From contig JBGSVZ010000085.1 of NCBI GenBank assembly GCA_041752695.1, positions 115,851 through 179,850 of the forward strand: DNA of 64,000 nucleotides, given 5' to 3'. Made by a program: the position numbers and the translations under genes. Positions 1-9,251 of this stretch are shown piece by piece (the first letter of the stretch is position 1; each line of letters starts with the position of its first letter). The stretch is from Terrimicrobiaceae bacterium (lineage in GTDB: Bacteria; Verrucomicrobiota; Verrucomicrobiia; Chthoniobacterales; Terrimicrobiaceae). The notes under the pieces are model-generated. The model was given only the letters and a program-made list of their open reading frames with translations, did not search any database and was not told the DNA's origin.

Positions 1-595
1 CGGCGATCTCTCCGGGGTTGGCCGCAAAGGCCGCCCGCACGGCGGCGAGGTCGTTGAAAGGAACGGTCAGCGTCAGGTTGGCCAGAGCGGCTGGCACCCC
101 GGCGCTGTCCGGCGTGCCGTGGGTGAGCGCTCCGCTCCCGGCTTTCACCAGCAGGGAATCCACATGACCGTGGTAGCAGCCTTCGAATTTGAGGATTTTT
201 TCGCGTCCGGTGAACCCTCTCGCCAGTCGCACACAGCTCATGGTTGCCTCGGTGCCGCTGTTGACCATGCGGACTTTCTCGACCGATGGCACCAGGGTGC
301 AAATCGTGCGGGCCATTTCGACCTCGAACGGATTGGGAATGCCAAAGCTGAGGCCGTGCGAGGCCGTCGCGCAGACGGCGGCGATGACCGCATCGGGAGC
401 ATGGCCCAGAATGGCGGGACCCCAGGTTCCGACATAATCAATCAACTCCCGCCCTTCGAACGTGGTGATGCGGCACCCCTCGGCAGAGGTGACAAAAAAC
501 GGCTCTCCCCCCACGCCGCGAAAAGCCCGCACGGGGGAATTGACGCCCCCGGGGATGTGGCGTTTGGCGGCGGAGAACAGTTCGCTCGAGGTCAT
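1..595 (-). CDS. hemL: Glutamate-1-semialdehyde 2,1-aminomutase, 5' part (runs off window start)
   Basis: Manual minus-strand translation from ATG at 595: [25 protein letters not shown]...[10 protein letters not shown]...KFEGCYHGH, which are signature GSA-AT motifs. Not in the ORF track because it is truncated. Confidence 0.95.
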   Translation of the reverse strand, partial: MTSSELFSAAKRHIPGGVNSPVRAFRGVGGEPFFVTSAEGCRITTFEGRELIDYVGTWGPAILGHAPDAVIAAVCATASHGLSFGIPNPFEVEMARTICTLVPSVEKVRMVNSGTEATMSCVRLARGFTGREKILKFEGCYHGHVDSLLVKAGSGALTHGTPDSAGVPAALANLTLTVPFNDLAAVRAAFAANPGEIA

Positions 596-634
596 GAGGG
601 ATTCAAACCCCCGAATCCCCCGACTGACAATGGG

Positions 635-657
635 GAAATCTTTATGAAATCTTTACA
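635..657 (+). promoter_or_regulatory. Putative KdpE binding site (direct repeat)
   Basis: GAAATCTTTA occurs at 635 and 646 (11-bp period), giving TTTATG-N5-TTTACA about 57 bp upstream of kdpA. This matches the known TTTATA-N5-TTTACA KdpE box architecture. Confidence 0.75.
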
Positions 658-713
658 CCTTTGCCCGGGCCTTTAATTAACGCCCGGACCGGGAGTCGTG
701 GAAGACTGCAAGC

Positions 714-2393
714 ATGTCAGCCATCGATCTCCTGCAAGTCGCGCTTTTTATCTCGCTCCTCATTCTTCTCACCCCGCCGCTTGGCGCCTACATGGCGAAA
801 GTCCTCGAAGGCCGCCTTGGGTGGCTTGGACCCCTGGAACGCAGCATCTATCGCCTCATCGGGGTGGACCCCACCCGGGAGATGACCTGGCGCGGATATA
901 CTGCGGCGCTGATGACGTTTAACCTCCTGGGATTTCTGGTGCTTCTCGCTATCCTTCTTGGTCAGGGTGCACTGCCCCTCAATCCCCAGGGCGTTCCCGG
1001 AATGAAATTCCCCCTCGCGTTCAATACTGCGATCAGTTTCATGACGAATACGAACTGGCAGGGCTACTCCGGTGAGGCGGCGTTGAGTTACTTCAGCCAG
1101 ATGATCGGGCTGAATTTTCAGAACTTTGTCAGTGCCGCGACAGGATTCGCCGCTTTTGCCGCGGTCGCCCGAGGATTCGCCCGGCATTCTACGAATACGC
1201 TCGGGAATTTCTGGGCCGATCTTGTGCGCAGCACGCTCTACATTTTGCTGCCCCTCAGCATCTTGCTCGCGGTGATTTTGGTCAGCCAGGGGGTCGTGCA
1301 AAATTTTTCGTCCTATGTGACGGCGACGACTGTCGAAGGTGCCGAGCAGGTGATCCCGCAGGGTCCGGCCGCTTCGCAGATTGCGATCAAACAGCTGGGC
1401 ACGAACGGCGGAGGATTTTTCGGGGTCAACAGTGCCCACCCCTTTGAAAATCCGACGCCGCTCAGCAATTTTCTTCAGCTCCTCGCGATTCTCTTACTGC
1501 CAGCCGCGCTCACTGGCACGTTCGGCATGATGGTGGGTGACCGCCGCCAGGGCTGGGTGCTTTTTGCCGCCATGCTGGTGCTCTTCCTCGGCGGGCTGAC
1601 GGTGAGTTGGTGGGCCGAGGCGCAGCCTAATCCCGTGACCCAGCTCACGCAGAATATGGAGGGCAAGGAACAGCGTTTCGGCGTGATGAACAGCGTGCTC
1701 TGGTCCACCGCCACGACCGCGGCGTCGAATGGTTCGGTCAATGCCATGCACGACAGCCTCTCTCCTCTGGCGGGCGGCGTCGCGATCTTCAACATGATGC
1801 TGGGCGAAATCATCTTCGGCGGCGTGGGCTGCGGCCTCTACGGCATGCTGATGTATGTGCTGCTCACCGTGTTTATCGCGGGTCTCATGGTGGGACGGAC
1901 ACCGGAATACCTCGGCAAGAAAATCGAAGCCTACGAAATGCGTCTGGCCATTCTGGTGCTCCTCGTGCCCAGCGCCCTACTTCTGGCCGGCACGGCGATC
2001 GCTTGCCTCTATCCAACCGCTCTCGCCAGCCTGGCCAACAATGGGGCGCACGGGTTCAGCGAAATTCTCTACGCCTTCAGTTCGGCCAGTGGAAACAACG
2101 GCAGTGCCTTCGCGGGGCTCACGGTGGACACCCCTTTTTACAACTACGCCCTCGGCATCTGCATGTTCGTCGGCCGGTTCATCTGTCTCATTCCCGTCCT
2201 CGCCATTGCCGGTTCGGTTGCCGCCAAAAAAACCTCGCCGTTCTCGGGCGGAACATTTCCGACGACCGGGGTGACCTTTGTCATCCTGCTGCTTGGCACC
2301 ATTCTCATCGTCGGTGCGCTCACCCATCTGCCCGCCCTCGCTCTGGGCCCCATCGCCGACCACCTCCTGATGCTGCAGGGACGTACTTTTTAA
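714..2393 (+). CDS. kdpA: Potassium-transporting ATPase subunit A
   Basis: 559 aa membrane protein with TNTNWQ, LGTNGGGFF, SNGS and GNNGSAFAG selectivity-filter motifs. Confidence 0.98.
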   Translation: MSAIDLLQVALFISLLILLTPPLGAYMAKVLEGRLGWLGPLERSIYRLIGVDPTREMTWRGYTAALMTFNLLGFLVLLAILLGQGALPLNPQGVPGMKFPLAFNTAISFMTNTNWQGYSGEAALSYFSQMIGLNFQNFVSAATGFAAFAAVARGFARHSTNTLGNFWADLVRSTLYILLPLSILLAVILVSQGVVQNFSSYVTATTVEGAEQVIPQGPAASQIAIKQLGTNGGGFFGVNSAHPFENPTPLSNFLQLLAILLLPAALTGTFGMMVGDRRQGWVLFAAMLVLFLGGLTVSWWAEAQPNPVTQLTQNMEGKEQRFGVMNSVLWSTATTAASNGSVNAMHDSLSPLAGGVAIFNMMLGEIIFGGVGCGLYGMLMYVLLTVFIAGLMVGRTPEYLGKKIEAYEMRLAILVLLVPSALLLAGTAIACLYPTALASLANNGAHGFSEILYAFSSASGNNGSAFAGLTVDTPFYNYALGICMFVGRFICLIPVLAIAGSVAAKKTSPFSGGTFPTTGVTFVILLLGTILIVGALTHLPALALGPIADHLLMLQGRTF

Positions 2394-2426
2394 CCGTCAC
2401 GTAATCACTTAACCAAATTTTAGAAA

Positions 2427-4484
2427 ATGACTTCCACCTTCAATCGCAAGCTTCTGATCACCGCACTGCGGGACGCGTTCCTCAAATTCGACCCGCGCGA
2501 ACAGATCAAAAATCCCGTCATGTTCGTCGTCTTTCTCGGCGCCATCTGGGCCACGGTCGAACTGGCCCGGGACTTCAGCGCCTTCAATGTCCAGATCGTG
2601 CTCTGGCTTTGGTTCACGGTCCTCTTTGCCAATTTTGCGGAGGCCGTCGCCGAAGGACGCGGCAAGGCGCAGGCGGAATCGCTGCGCAAAACCCGCACGC
2701 AAACCAATGCGCGCCGCCTTGTTGATGGGAAGGAATCCGTCGTGAACGCCACCGAACTGCGCAAGGCCGACCTGGTGGTTTGCGAAGCCGGTGACGTGAT
2801 TCCCGCCGACGGGGATGTCGTCGAAGGCGTCGCCAGCGTGGACGAAGCCGCGATCACCGGGGAATCGGCCCCTGTCATCCGCGAGAGCGGCGGGGACCAT
2901 TGCGCCGTCACCGGAGGCACGCGTGTGCTCTCCGACCGCATCGTCATCCAGGTCAGTGCCGAGCCTGGCGGTGGTTTTATTGACCGCATGATCGCGATGG
3001 TCGAAGGCGCCAGCCGCCAACGCACCCCCAACGAGATCGCGCTGGGCATTCTTCTGGTCGCCATCACCGCGCTGTTCCTGCTGGTTGTGATCACCCTTCC
3101 GGCTTTCACCCGCTACAGCGAACAGGCGGCGGGCCAGCCGGCCGGCATCGTGAATCTTTCCGGTCCCATCCTCGTCGCGCTCCTGGTCTGTCTCATTCCG
3201 ACAACCATCGGCGCATTGCTCAGCGCCATCGGCATCAGCGGCATTGACCGCATGATCCGACGCAATGTCATCGCGACCAGCGGTCGCGCGGTCGAGGCGG
3301 CGGGCGACATTGATGTGCTCCTGCTCGACAAGACCGGCACGATCACCCTTGGGAACCGCCAGGCCGTCGCCTTCCTGCCCGCTCCGGGCATCGAGGAGCG
3401 TCAACTCGCCGAGGCCGCCCAACTGGCATCCCTCACCGACGAAACGCCCGAGGGCCGTTCCATCGTCGTCCTGGCCAAGGAACAGCACGGCCTGCGCGCG
3501 CCCGATGCAACCGGCCACCACGCGACTTTTGTACCGTTCACGGCCCAGACGCGCATGAGTGGCGTGGATTTCGCGGATACCGGACGGACCATCCGCAAGG
3601 GCGCGGCCGAGTCCGTGGCGACCTGGGTGAAAGCCCAGGGCGGTCAGGTCCCCGACGCCGTCCTTCGGATTGCCGAAACCGTTGCCACGGGCGGTGGAAC
3701 CCCGCTCATGGTTGCGGAAAACGGTGCCATCCTCGGCGTCGTGCAGCTCAAGGATATCGTGAAAGGCGGCATCAAGGAACGTTTCAGCCAGCTCCGCAAA
3801 ATGGGCATTCGCACCGTGATGATCACCGGGGACAACCCCCTCACGGCCGCCTCCATCGCCGCCGAAGCCGGCGTGGACGATTTCATGGCCGAGGCCACAC
3901 CCGAACAGAAGCTTGCCCGCATCCGCCAGGAACAGGCGGCCGGACATCTTGTCGCCATGACGGGTGACGGCACCAATGACGCGCCCGCCCTCGCGCAGGC
4001 CGATGTGGGCGTCGCCATGAACACCGGCACGCAGGCGGCGCGCGAGGCCGGCAACATGGTGGACCTCGATAGCAACCCGACCAAACTCATTGAGGTTGTC
4101 GAGATTGGCAAACAGCTCCTCATGACCCGAGGCGCCCTGACCACCTTCAGCATTGCCAACGATGTGGCGAAGTATTTTGCCATCCTGCCCGCGATGTTCG
4201 CCGTGCTGTATGCCGCCGATGGTGCGGCAAACGGACCGCTCGCCGCCTTCAACATCATGGGGCTGCACTCCCCACAGAGCGCCATCCTGAGCGCCGTCAT
4301 TTTTAATGCGCTCATCATTGTGGTGCTGATCCCGCTCGCCCTGCGCGGCGTCACCTATCGCGCCACCGGCGCGGTGCAGGTCCTGATCCGCAACGCCCTC
4401 ATTTACGGCCTGGGCGGCGTCATCGCGCCCTTTATCGGTATCAAACTCATCGACCTTGCTTTGGTCGCCCTTCACCTCGCCTGA
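2427..4484 (+). CDS. kdpB: Potassium-transporting P-type ATPase subunit B
   Basis: TGES, CLIPTT, DKTGT phosphorylation site, TGDN and [10 protein letters not shown] motifs. Confidence 0.98.
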   Translation: MTSTFNRKLLITALRDAFLKFDPREQIKNPVMFVVFLGAIWATVELARDFSAFNVQIVLWLWFTVLFANFAEAVAEGRGKAQAESLRKTRTQTNARRLVDGKESVVNATELRKADLVVCEAGDVIPADGDVVEGVASVDEAAITGESAPVIRESGGDHCAVTGGTRVLSDRIVIQVSAEPGGGFIDRMIAMVEGASRQRTPNEIALGILLVAITALFLLVVITLPAFTRYSEQAAGQPAGIVNLSGPILVALLVCLIPTTIGALLSAIGISGIDRMIRRNVIATSGRAVEAAGDIDVLLLDKTGTITLGNRQAVAFLPAPGIEERQLAEAAQLASLTDETPEGRSIVVLAKEQHGLRAPDATGHHATFVPFTAQTRMSGVDFADTGRTIRKGAAESVATWVKAQGGQVPDAVLRIAETVATGGGTPLMVAENGAILGVVQLKDIVKGGIKERFSQLRKMGIRTVMITGDNPLTAASIAAEAGVDDFMAEATPEQKLARIRQEQAAGHLVAMTGDGTNDAPALAQADVGVAMNTGTQAAREAGNMVDLDSNPTKLIEVVEIGKQLLMTRGALTTFSIANDVAKYFAILPAMFAVLYAADGAANGPLAAFNIMGLHSPQSAILSAVIFNALIIVVLIPLALRGVTYRATGAVQVLIRNALIYGLGGVIAPFIGIKLIDLALVALHLA

Positions 4485-4496
4485 TTTTTTACTGCC

Positions 4497-5042
4497 ATGA
4501 TCAAAGACATCCTGTCCTCCATCCGTGCCATTCTTGTGCTCACCATCGTGACCTGTGTGGCTTACCCTCTGCTCATCACCGTCATCGGCCAGCTGGCGTT
4601 TCCGTTCCAGGCCAACGGCAGCCTGGTCAAGACGGGCGAAACGGTGAACGGCTCCATCCTGCTGGCCCAGAAGTTCACGGAGCCGAAATACTTCTGGCCG
4701 CGCCCTTCCGCCGCCGATTACGGCACGGTCGCATCCGGTGCCAGCAACCAGGGATTTACCAGCAGGAAGCTCGCTGACGCGGTGGCGGAACGCCGTGTCA
4801 CGTTTGGAGCCGATGCGCCCGCAGATCTCCTGACAGCCTCAGGCAGCGGTTTGGATCCCGACATCTCCCCTGAAGCGGCCCGTGCGCAGATTGTGCGTGT
4901 CGCCGCCGCCCGAGCGTGTTCGGCCGAAAAAGTGCTCACGCTGGTTGATTCGCTCGTTCAGCCCCCCCAATTCGGCTTTCTCGGGGAGGCCCGGGTGAAC
5001 GTTTTGACGCTCAATCTCGCGCTGGACGCCGCCCAAAATTGA
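4497..5042 (+). CDS. kdpC: Potassium-transporting ATPase subunit C
   Basis: N-terminal [28 protein letters not shown] and RVNVLTLN motifs. Confidence 0.97.
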   Translation: MIKDILSSIRAILVLTIVTCVAYPLLITVIGQLAFPFQANGSLVKTGETVNGSILLAQKFTEPKYFWPRPSAADYGTVASGASNQGFTSRKLADAVAERRVTFGADAPADLLTASGSGLDPDISPEAARAQIVRVAAARACSAEKVLTLVDSLVQPPQFGFLGEARVNVLTLNLALDAAQN

Positions 5043-5058
5043 GCGTCGGGGCTTTGCG

Positions 5059-5081
5059 TTGGAGTCCAGCCTTTAGGCTGT
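5059..5081. repeat. Short palindromic repeat, copy 1 (CAGCCT-NN-AGGCTG core)
   Basis: TTGGAGTCCAGCCTTTAGGCTGT is 20/23 identical to 20237..20259. Both copies are intergenic. Confidence 0.65.
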
Positions 5082-5144
5082 CCGGCACCGAACAGACGGA
5101 AGCTTGGCCTAAGGTCTTCCCTGTTCTATCTTCGTTGACGTCCC

Positions 5145-7787
5145 ATGAACGACACGCGACCTGATCCCGATGCACTTCTCGCTGCATTGAATGCGGAGCA
5201 GGAAAATTTGTCGCGCGGACAGCTGAAGATTTTCCTCGGGATGTGTCCCGGCGTGGGCAAAACCTATGCCATGTTGCTGGACGCCCAGCAGCGCCAGGAA
5301 GAGGGCAAGGAGGTGGTGATCGGCGTGATTGAAACGCACGGCCGCATCGAGACTCAGGCCCTCACCGCCGGGATCGCTCGCATCCCGAAACGCAAGATCG
5401 AACATCGCGGCGTGGTCTTGGAGGAAATGGATCTTGATGCCATCCTCGCGCGGAAGCCGGACATTGTCCTGGTGGACGAACTCGCCCATTCCAACGTCGC
5501 GGGTGGCCGGCATCCCAAGCGCTACCAGGATGTTTTCGAACTGCTGGACGCGGGGATCGATGTTTACACCACCCTCAACGTCCAGCACATCGAGAGCCAC
5601 CGGGACATCGTCACCCAGATCACCGGAGCGCCGATGAACGAAAGTGTTTCCGATTCGGTGATCGATCGGGCGGACGAAATCGAGTTGATCGATGTCTCGC
5701 CGGGTCAGCTCCGCAAGCGTCTCGAGGAAGGAAAAATCTACCTCGGTGACCGGGCGGTGACGGCCTCGGATAATTTTTTCCGCGAGGGCAATCTCAAGGC
5801 TCTCCGGGAAATCGCCCTGCGCGTCACCGCGGAGCGTGCGGACCGGGAACTGCGGGAATTCATGCGTTCCCGCCGCATTCCGGGCCCGTGGAAATCGCGC
5901 GAACGTTTCCTTGTGGCCGTGGGCACGAGTCCGTTTTCCGAACATCTCATCCGCTGGACCCGGCGCATCGCCACCCTCACTCATGGGGCCTGGACGGCAG
6001 TGTTTATCGACACGGGGTCCACTTTGGACGAAGCGGCCAAAGCGCGTCTGGAAAAAAATCTCACCCTGGCAAGGACGCTGGGGGCTGAGGTGCTCACGGC
6101 GGCAGGGGAGGATGTCACCGAGACTCTGCTGCGCGTGGCGAGGGAGCACAACGCGTCGCAGATCGTGGTGGGAAAACCGCTCTCCCACCCGTTCCTCGAT
6201 CTGCTGCGAGGGGGATCCCTGGTGGACAAACTCATTCGCCGCAGCGGAGATATTGACGTTTATGTCGTTCGGGCGGAAAAGCAGGCCAAACCCTGGCGAC
6301 CCGATTTTCGCAGCCTGGGCAGTCCGCGACTTCTTCAAGAGTTTGGGCTGAGTTGTCTTCTGGTGCTGGTGACAACGGTGGCGGGTTTGGTGCTTCGTCC
6401 CGCGATCGGTTACATGGCGGTCGGCCTGTTGTATCTGTTGGGCGTGCTGCTGGGCTCGATGGTGTTATCGAGGTGGCCCCTGCTGCTGGCGGGCGCGCTC
6501 ACCGCCCTGGCCTGGAACTTCCTCTTCATCACGCCGTATTACACGTTCTATATCAACAACGTCCACGACCTGATCCTGTTTTGCCTGTATTTTGTGGTGG
6601 CCCTGGTGATGGGACATCTCAGCGCGAGGCTGCGCCAGCGGGAGCAGGCGGAGCGGCGCCGCGAGGAACAGGCCACCGCGCTGTATCATTTCAGCCGGGA
6701 CATCGTGACCTCGCGGTCGCTGGGCGAGGCGATCCGGGAGGGTGTCCGGCATATCAATGAGTTGTTTGGCGTCACCGCCACCGTATTGGTCGGCCCTGAA
6801 TTGGCGCTGGCGGCGGGGGAATCGCTCAATGCCCGTGAAATGGCCGTGGCGTCCTGGACACTGGAAAAGAAGGAACAGGCCGGACGCTTTACGAACACCC
6901 TTCCACAATCCGAGTGCACCTATTTGCCCCTGCGCGCCGGCGATGATGTGGCGGGGGTGCTGGGACTGCGCGGCCGATCCGCGCTGAGTCTCACCGAACG
7001 CCAGTTGCTGGAAACCTTTGCCGCCCAAATTGCCCTGCTGATCGAGCGCGAACGCCTGATGAAGCAAGCCGAGGCCGTTCGCATCGAGGAAAATTCCCGC
7101 CGTCTGCAGAAGACCCTCCTCGACAGCGTCTCGCACGAATTCAAAACCCCGCTGGCCGTGATTTCCTCCGCCGCGGAAAATCTCGCCGCTCATCCCGATC
7201 AGTCCCGAACCTTTGTCGAGGAGATCCGGATCGCCGCGGCGCGTCTCCATCGCATCGTGGCCAATCTCCTCGACATCACCCGCATCGAAACCGGGGCTGT
7301 CAAACCCCGCTTGGCCTGGTGTGATCTCCGGGAGGTCGCGGAGGACGCCATCCTGCGGGTGCGTGATGTATTGCAAGACCGCCCGGTGGAAATTTCTCTC
7401 ACGGAGGAGGTCAGCGCGTGCCGGCTTGATTCCGGACTGCTGGAGGAAATGCTGGGCAATCTTCTCCGTAACGCGGCGCAGCACAGCCCGGCCCACTCTT
7501 CCATTGGTCTCTCGGCGCGGAAGGAGGGCGGCGACTTGGTCGTGACGGTGTCTGACGAGGGTTCCGGACTCTCCACGGACGATGAAGGGCGGGTGTTTGA
7601 AAAATTTCATCGCGGTGCCGGTGCGACCCCCGGCGGTCTTGGCCTCGGGCTTTCCATCGTGCGCGGTTTCGCCGAGGCACAGGGCGGCACGGTTTCGGTC
7701 CGTCCGCGCGCCGACGGCCGTCCGGGCGCGGAATTTCAGATCCGGCTTCCCGTGGAGTCCAAAAGTGCGGAAACCATTGGAGCATGA
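5145..7787 (+). CDS. kdpD: Sensor histidine kinase KdpD
   Basis: KdpD domain (GMCPGVGKTYAML, VDELAH, KRYQDV), Usp domain, 4 TM, GAF-like region, SHEFKTPL His box and G-box. Confidence 0.97.
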   Translation: MNDTRPDPDALLAALNAEQENLSRGQLKIFLGMCPGVGKTYAMLLDAQQRQEEGKEVVIGVIETHGRIETQALTAGIARIPKRKIEHRGVVLEEMDLDAILARKPDIVLVDELAHSNVAGGRHPKRYQDVFELLDAGIDVYTTLNVQHIESHRDIVTQITGAPMNESVSDSVIDRADEIELIDVSPGQLRKRLEEGKIYLGDRAVTASDNFFREGNLKALREIALRVTAERADRELREFMRSRRIPGPWKSRERFLVAVGTSPFSEHLIRWTRRIATLTHGAWTAVFIDTGSTLDEAAKARLEKNLTLARTLGAEVLTAAGEDVTETLLRVAREHNASQIVVGKPLSHPFLDLLRGGSLVDKLIRRSGDIDVYVVRAEKQAKPWRPDFRSLGSPRLLQEFGLSCLLVLVTTVAGLVLRPAIGYMAVGLLYLLGVLLGSMVLSRWPLLLAGALTALAWNFLFITPYYTFYINNVHDLILFCLYFVVALVMGHLSARLRQREQAERRREEQATALYHFSRDIVTSRSLGEAIREGVRHINELFGVTATVLVGPELALAAGESLNAREMAVASWTLEKKEQAGRFTNTLPQSECTYLPLRAGDDVAGVLGLRGRSALSLTERQLLETFAAQIALLIERERLMKQAEAVRIEENSRRLQKTLLDSVSHEFKTPLAVISSAAENLAAHPDQSRTFVEEIRIAAARLHRIVANLLDITRIETGAVKPRLAWCDLREVAEDAILRVRDVLQDRPVEISLTEEVSACRLDSGLLEEMLGNLLRNAAQHSPAHSSIGLSARKEGGDLVVTVSDEGSGLSTDDEGRVFEKFHRGAGATPGGLGLGLSIVRGFAEAQGGTVSVRPRADGRPGAEFQIRLPVESKSAETIGA

Positions 7788-8464
7788 GCGCCATCCTGAT
7801 CATTGACGACGAACCACAGATCCGCCGGATGCTGCGTATCGTGCTCGAATCCGCTGATCACAAAGTTCACGAAGCCGCCACGGGCCGCGAGGGCCTGGTC
7901 GAAGCCGCCTCGCGCCTCCCGGACGCCATCATCCTCGATCTCGGGTTGCCCGATCAGTCCGGCGCGGAAGTGTTGGCCCGCCTGCGCGAGTGGACGCAGA
8001 CACCCGTGCTCATTCTCTCCGTGCAAGATTCCGGCGAGGACAAAGTCGCCGCCCTCGACGCCGGCGCGGACGATTACGTGACCAAACCTTTCAACTCCCA
8101 GGAACTCCTCGCCCGCCTGCGCGTCCTGCTTCGCCGCGTGCGGAATCCCGACGAACCGGTACTTGAATGTGGTCCGCTGCAATTGGACATCGCCGGCCGC
8201 CTCGCCTGGGTCCATGGTCGGGAACTCGACCTCACGGCCACGGAATACGCCCTGCTGCGCGAACTGGCCCGCCATGCCGGAAAAATTGTCACCCACAAAC
8301 ACCTGCTCGCCACGGTTTGGGGGCCGAACGCCATTGAACAATCGCAATACCTGCGCGTCTTCCTCAGCCACATCCGCAAAAAACTGGCCGAAGCGGGCTT
8401 TCCGGCGGAAGCCCTTCGCACCGAGACCGGAGTCGGCTATCGTTTGAACACGCCCGGAGAATGA
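7784..8464 (+). CDS. kdpE: OmpR-family response regulator KdpE
   Basis: Receiver domain (IDDE, LDLGLPD, GADDYVTKPF) plus winged helix (TETGVGYR). ATGA overlap with kdpD. Confidence 0.96.
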   Translation: MSAILIIDDEPQIRRMLRIVLESADHKVHEAATGREGLVEAASRLPDAIILDLGLPDQSGAEVLARLREWTQTPVLILSVQDSGEDKVAALDAGADDYVTKPFNSQELLARLRVLLRRVRNPDEPVLECGPLQLDIAGRLAWVHGRELDLTATEYALLRELARHAGKIVTHKHLLATVWGPNAIEQSQYLRVFLSHIRKKLAEAGFPAEALRTETGVGYRLNTPGE

Positions 8465-9204
8465 ACCCGCCCGATCTGAACCGCCGCCTTGCCCAACGCC
8501 AAAAACCTCCCGGGTTTTCCGTTCTCTCCATGCGGTGGGAGAGCCTGCTTTTTCTCCACTGGCAGCGGGACCCCGCGGAGATTCAAAAAACGCTGCCTCC
8601 GGGACTTTTTGTGGACACGTTCGAAGGTCAGGCCTGGCTGGCGGTGGTCCCGTTTTTCATGCGCCGGGTGCATCCGCGGGGATTGCCCTGCGTGCCGTGG
8701 TTGTCGGATTTTCTGGAACTCAACGTCCGCACGTATGTCTTTGACGAACGCGGTGTCCCCGGCGTGTGGTTTTATTCCCTGCTCTGCGACCAACCCATCG
8801 CGGTCGAACTGGCCCGGCGATTGTTCCATCTGAACTATCTCCACGCCCGCCTTCGCGCCGGCGGTGCGCCAGGGAGTGTCGCGGAATTTTCCTGGGAAGA
8901 ACCCGGTCGCGAACCGGCGGAGTTCCGCGGCACCGAACTCAGAGCCTACGCGCTCGCGCCGACCGGGAGTTTGGAGTTTTTCCTGGTGGAACGATACATT
9001 CTGTTTTCCGCCAGCCCGAGCGGCCGGATCCACGCCGGTGCGGTCCACCACGCCCCCTACGCCATCGCTCCTGCCGCCGCCTCGTCCTGGAGTTTCCGCC
9101 CGGCGGCGTCGCTCGGGTTCCCGGATTCGCAGCGTCCGCCCGACCATGCTTTGCTTGCCCGACCCGTGGCAGTAAACGCCTGGCCCATCCGGCGCGTTGG
9201 TTGA
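8461..9204 (+). CDS. YqjF/DUF2071 family protein
   Basis: MRWESLLFLHW, FLELNVRTYV, PGVWFYSL and LEFFLVERY motifs. ATGA overlap with kdpE. Confidence 0.85.
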   Translation: MNPPDLNRRLAQRQKPPGFSVLSMRWESLLFLHWQRDPAEIQKTLPPGLFVDTFEGQAWLAVVPFFMRRVHPRGLPCVPWLSDFLELNVRTYVFDERGVPGVWFYSLLCDQPIAVELARRLFHLNYLHARLRAGGAPGSVAEFSWEEPGREPAEFRGTELRAYALAPTGSLEFFLVERYILFSASPSGRIHAGAVHHAPYAIAPAAASSWSFRPAASLGFPDSQRPPDHALLARPVAVNAWPIRRVG

Positions 9205-9251
9205 GTCGATTGCGGATTGCGAGAGGCGCCTCGGGTATTCTATCCTGCGCA

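Noticed and set aside
119..676. Plus-strand 185-aa ORF
   Set aside because: Antisense shadow of hemL, which has clear family motifs on the minus strand.
2409..4475. 688-aa minus-strand ORF, and similar long antisense ORFs (25361..27151, 35047..37041, 57887..60130)
   Set aside because: Mirror frames of well-supported genes. High GC and codon bias suppress antisense stops, and no motifs are present.
8766..9251. N-terminal extension of the serine hydrolase ORF
   Set aside because: Overlaps the YqjF-like gene in another frame; the signal peptide starts at ATG 9252.
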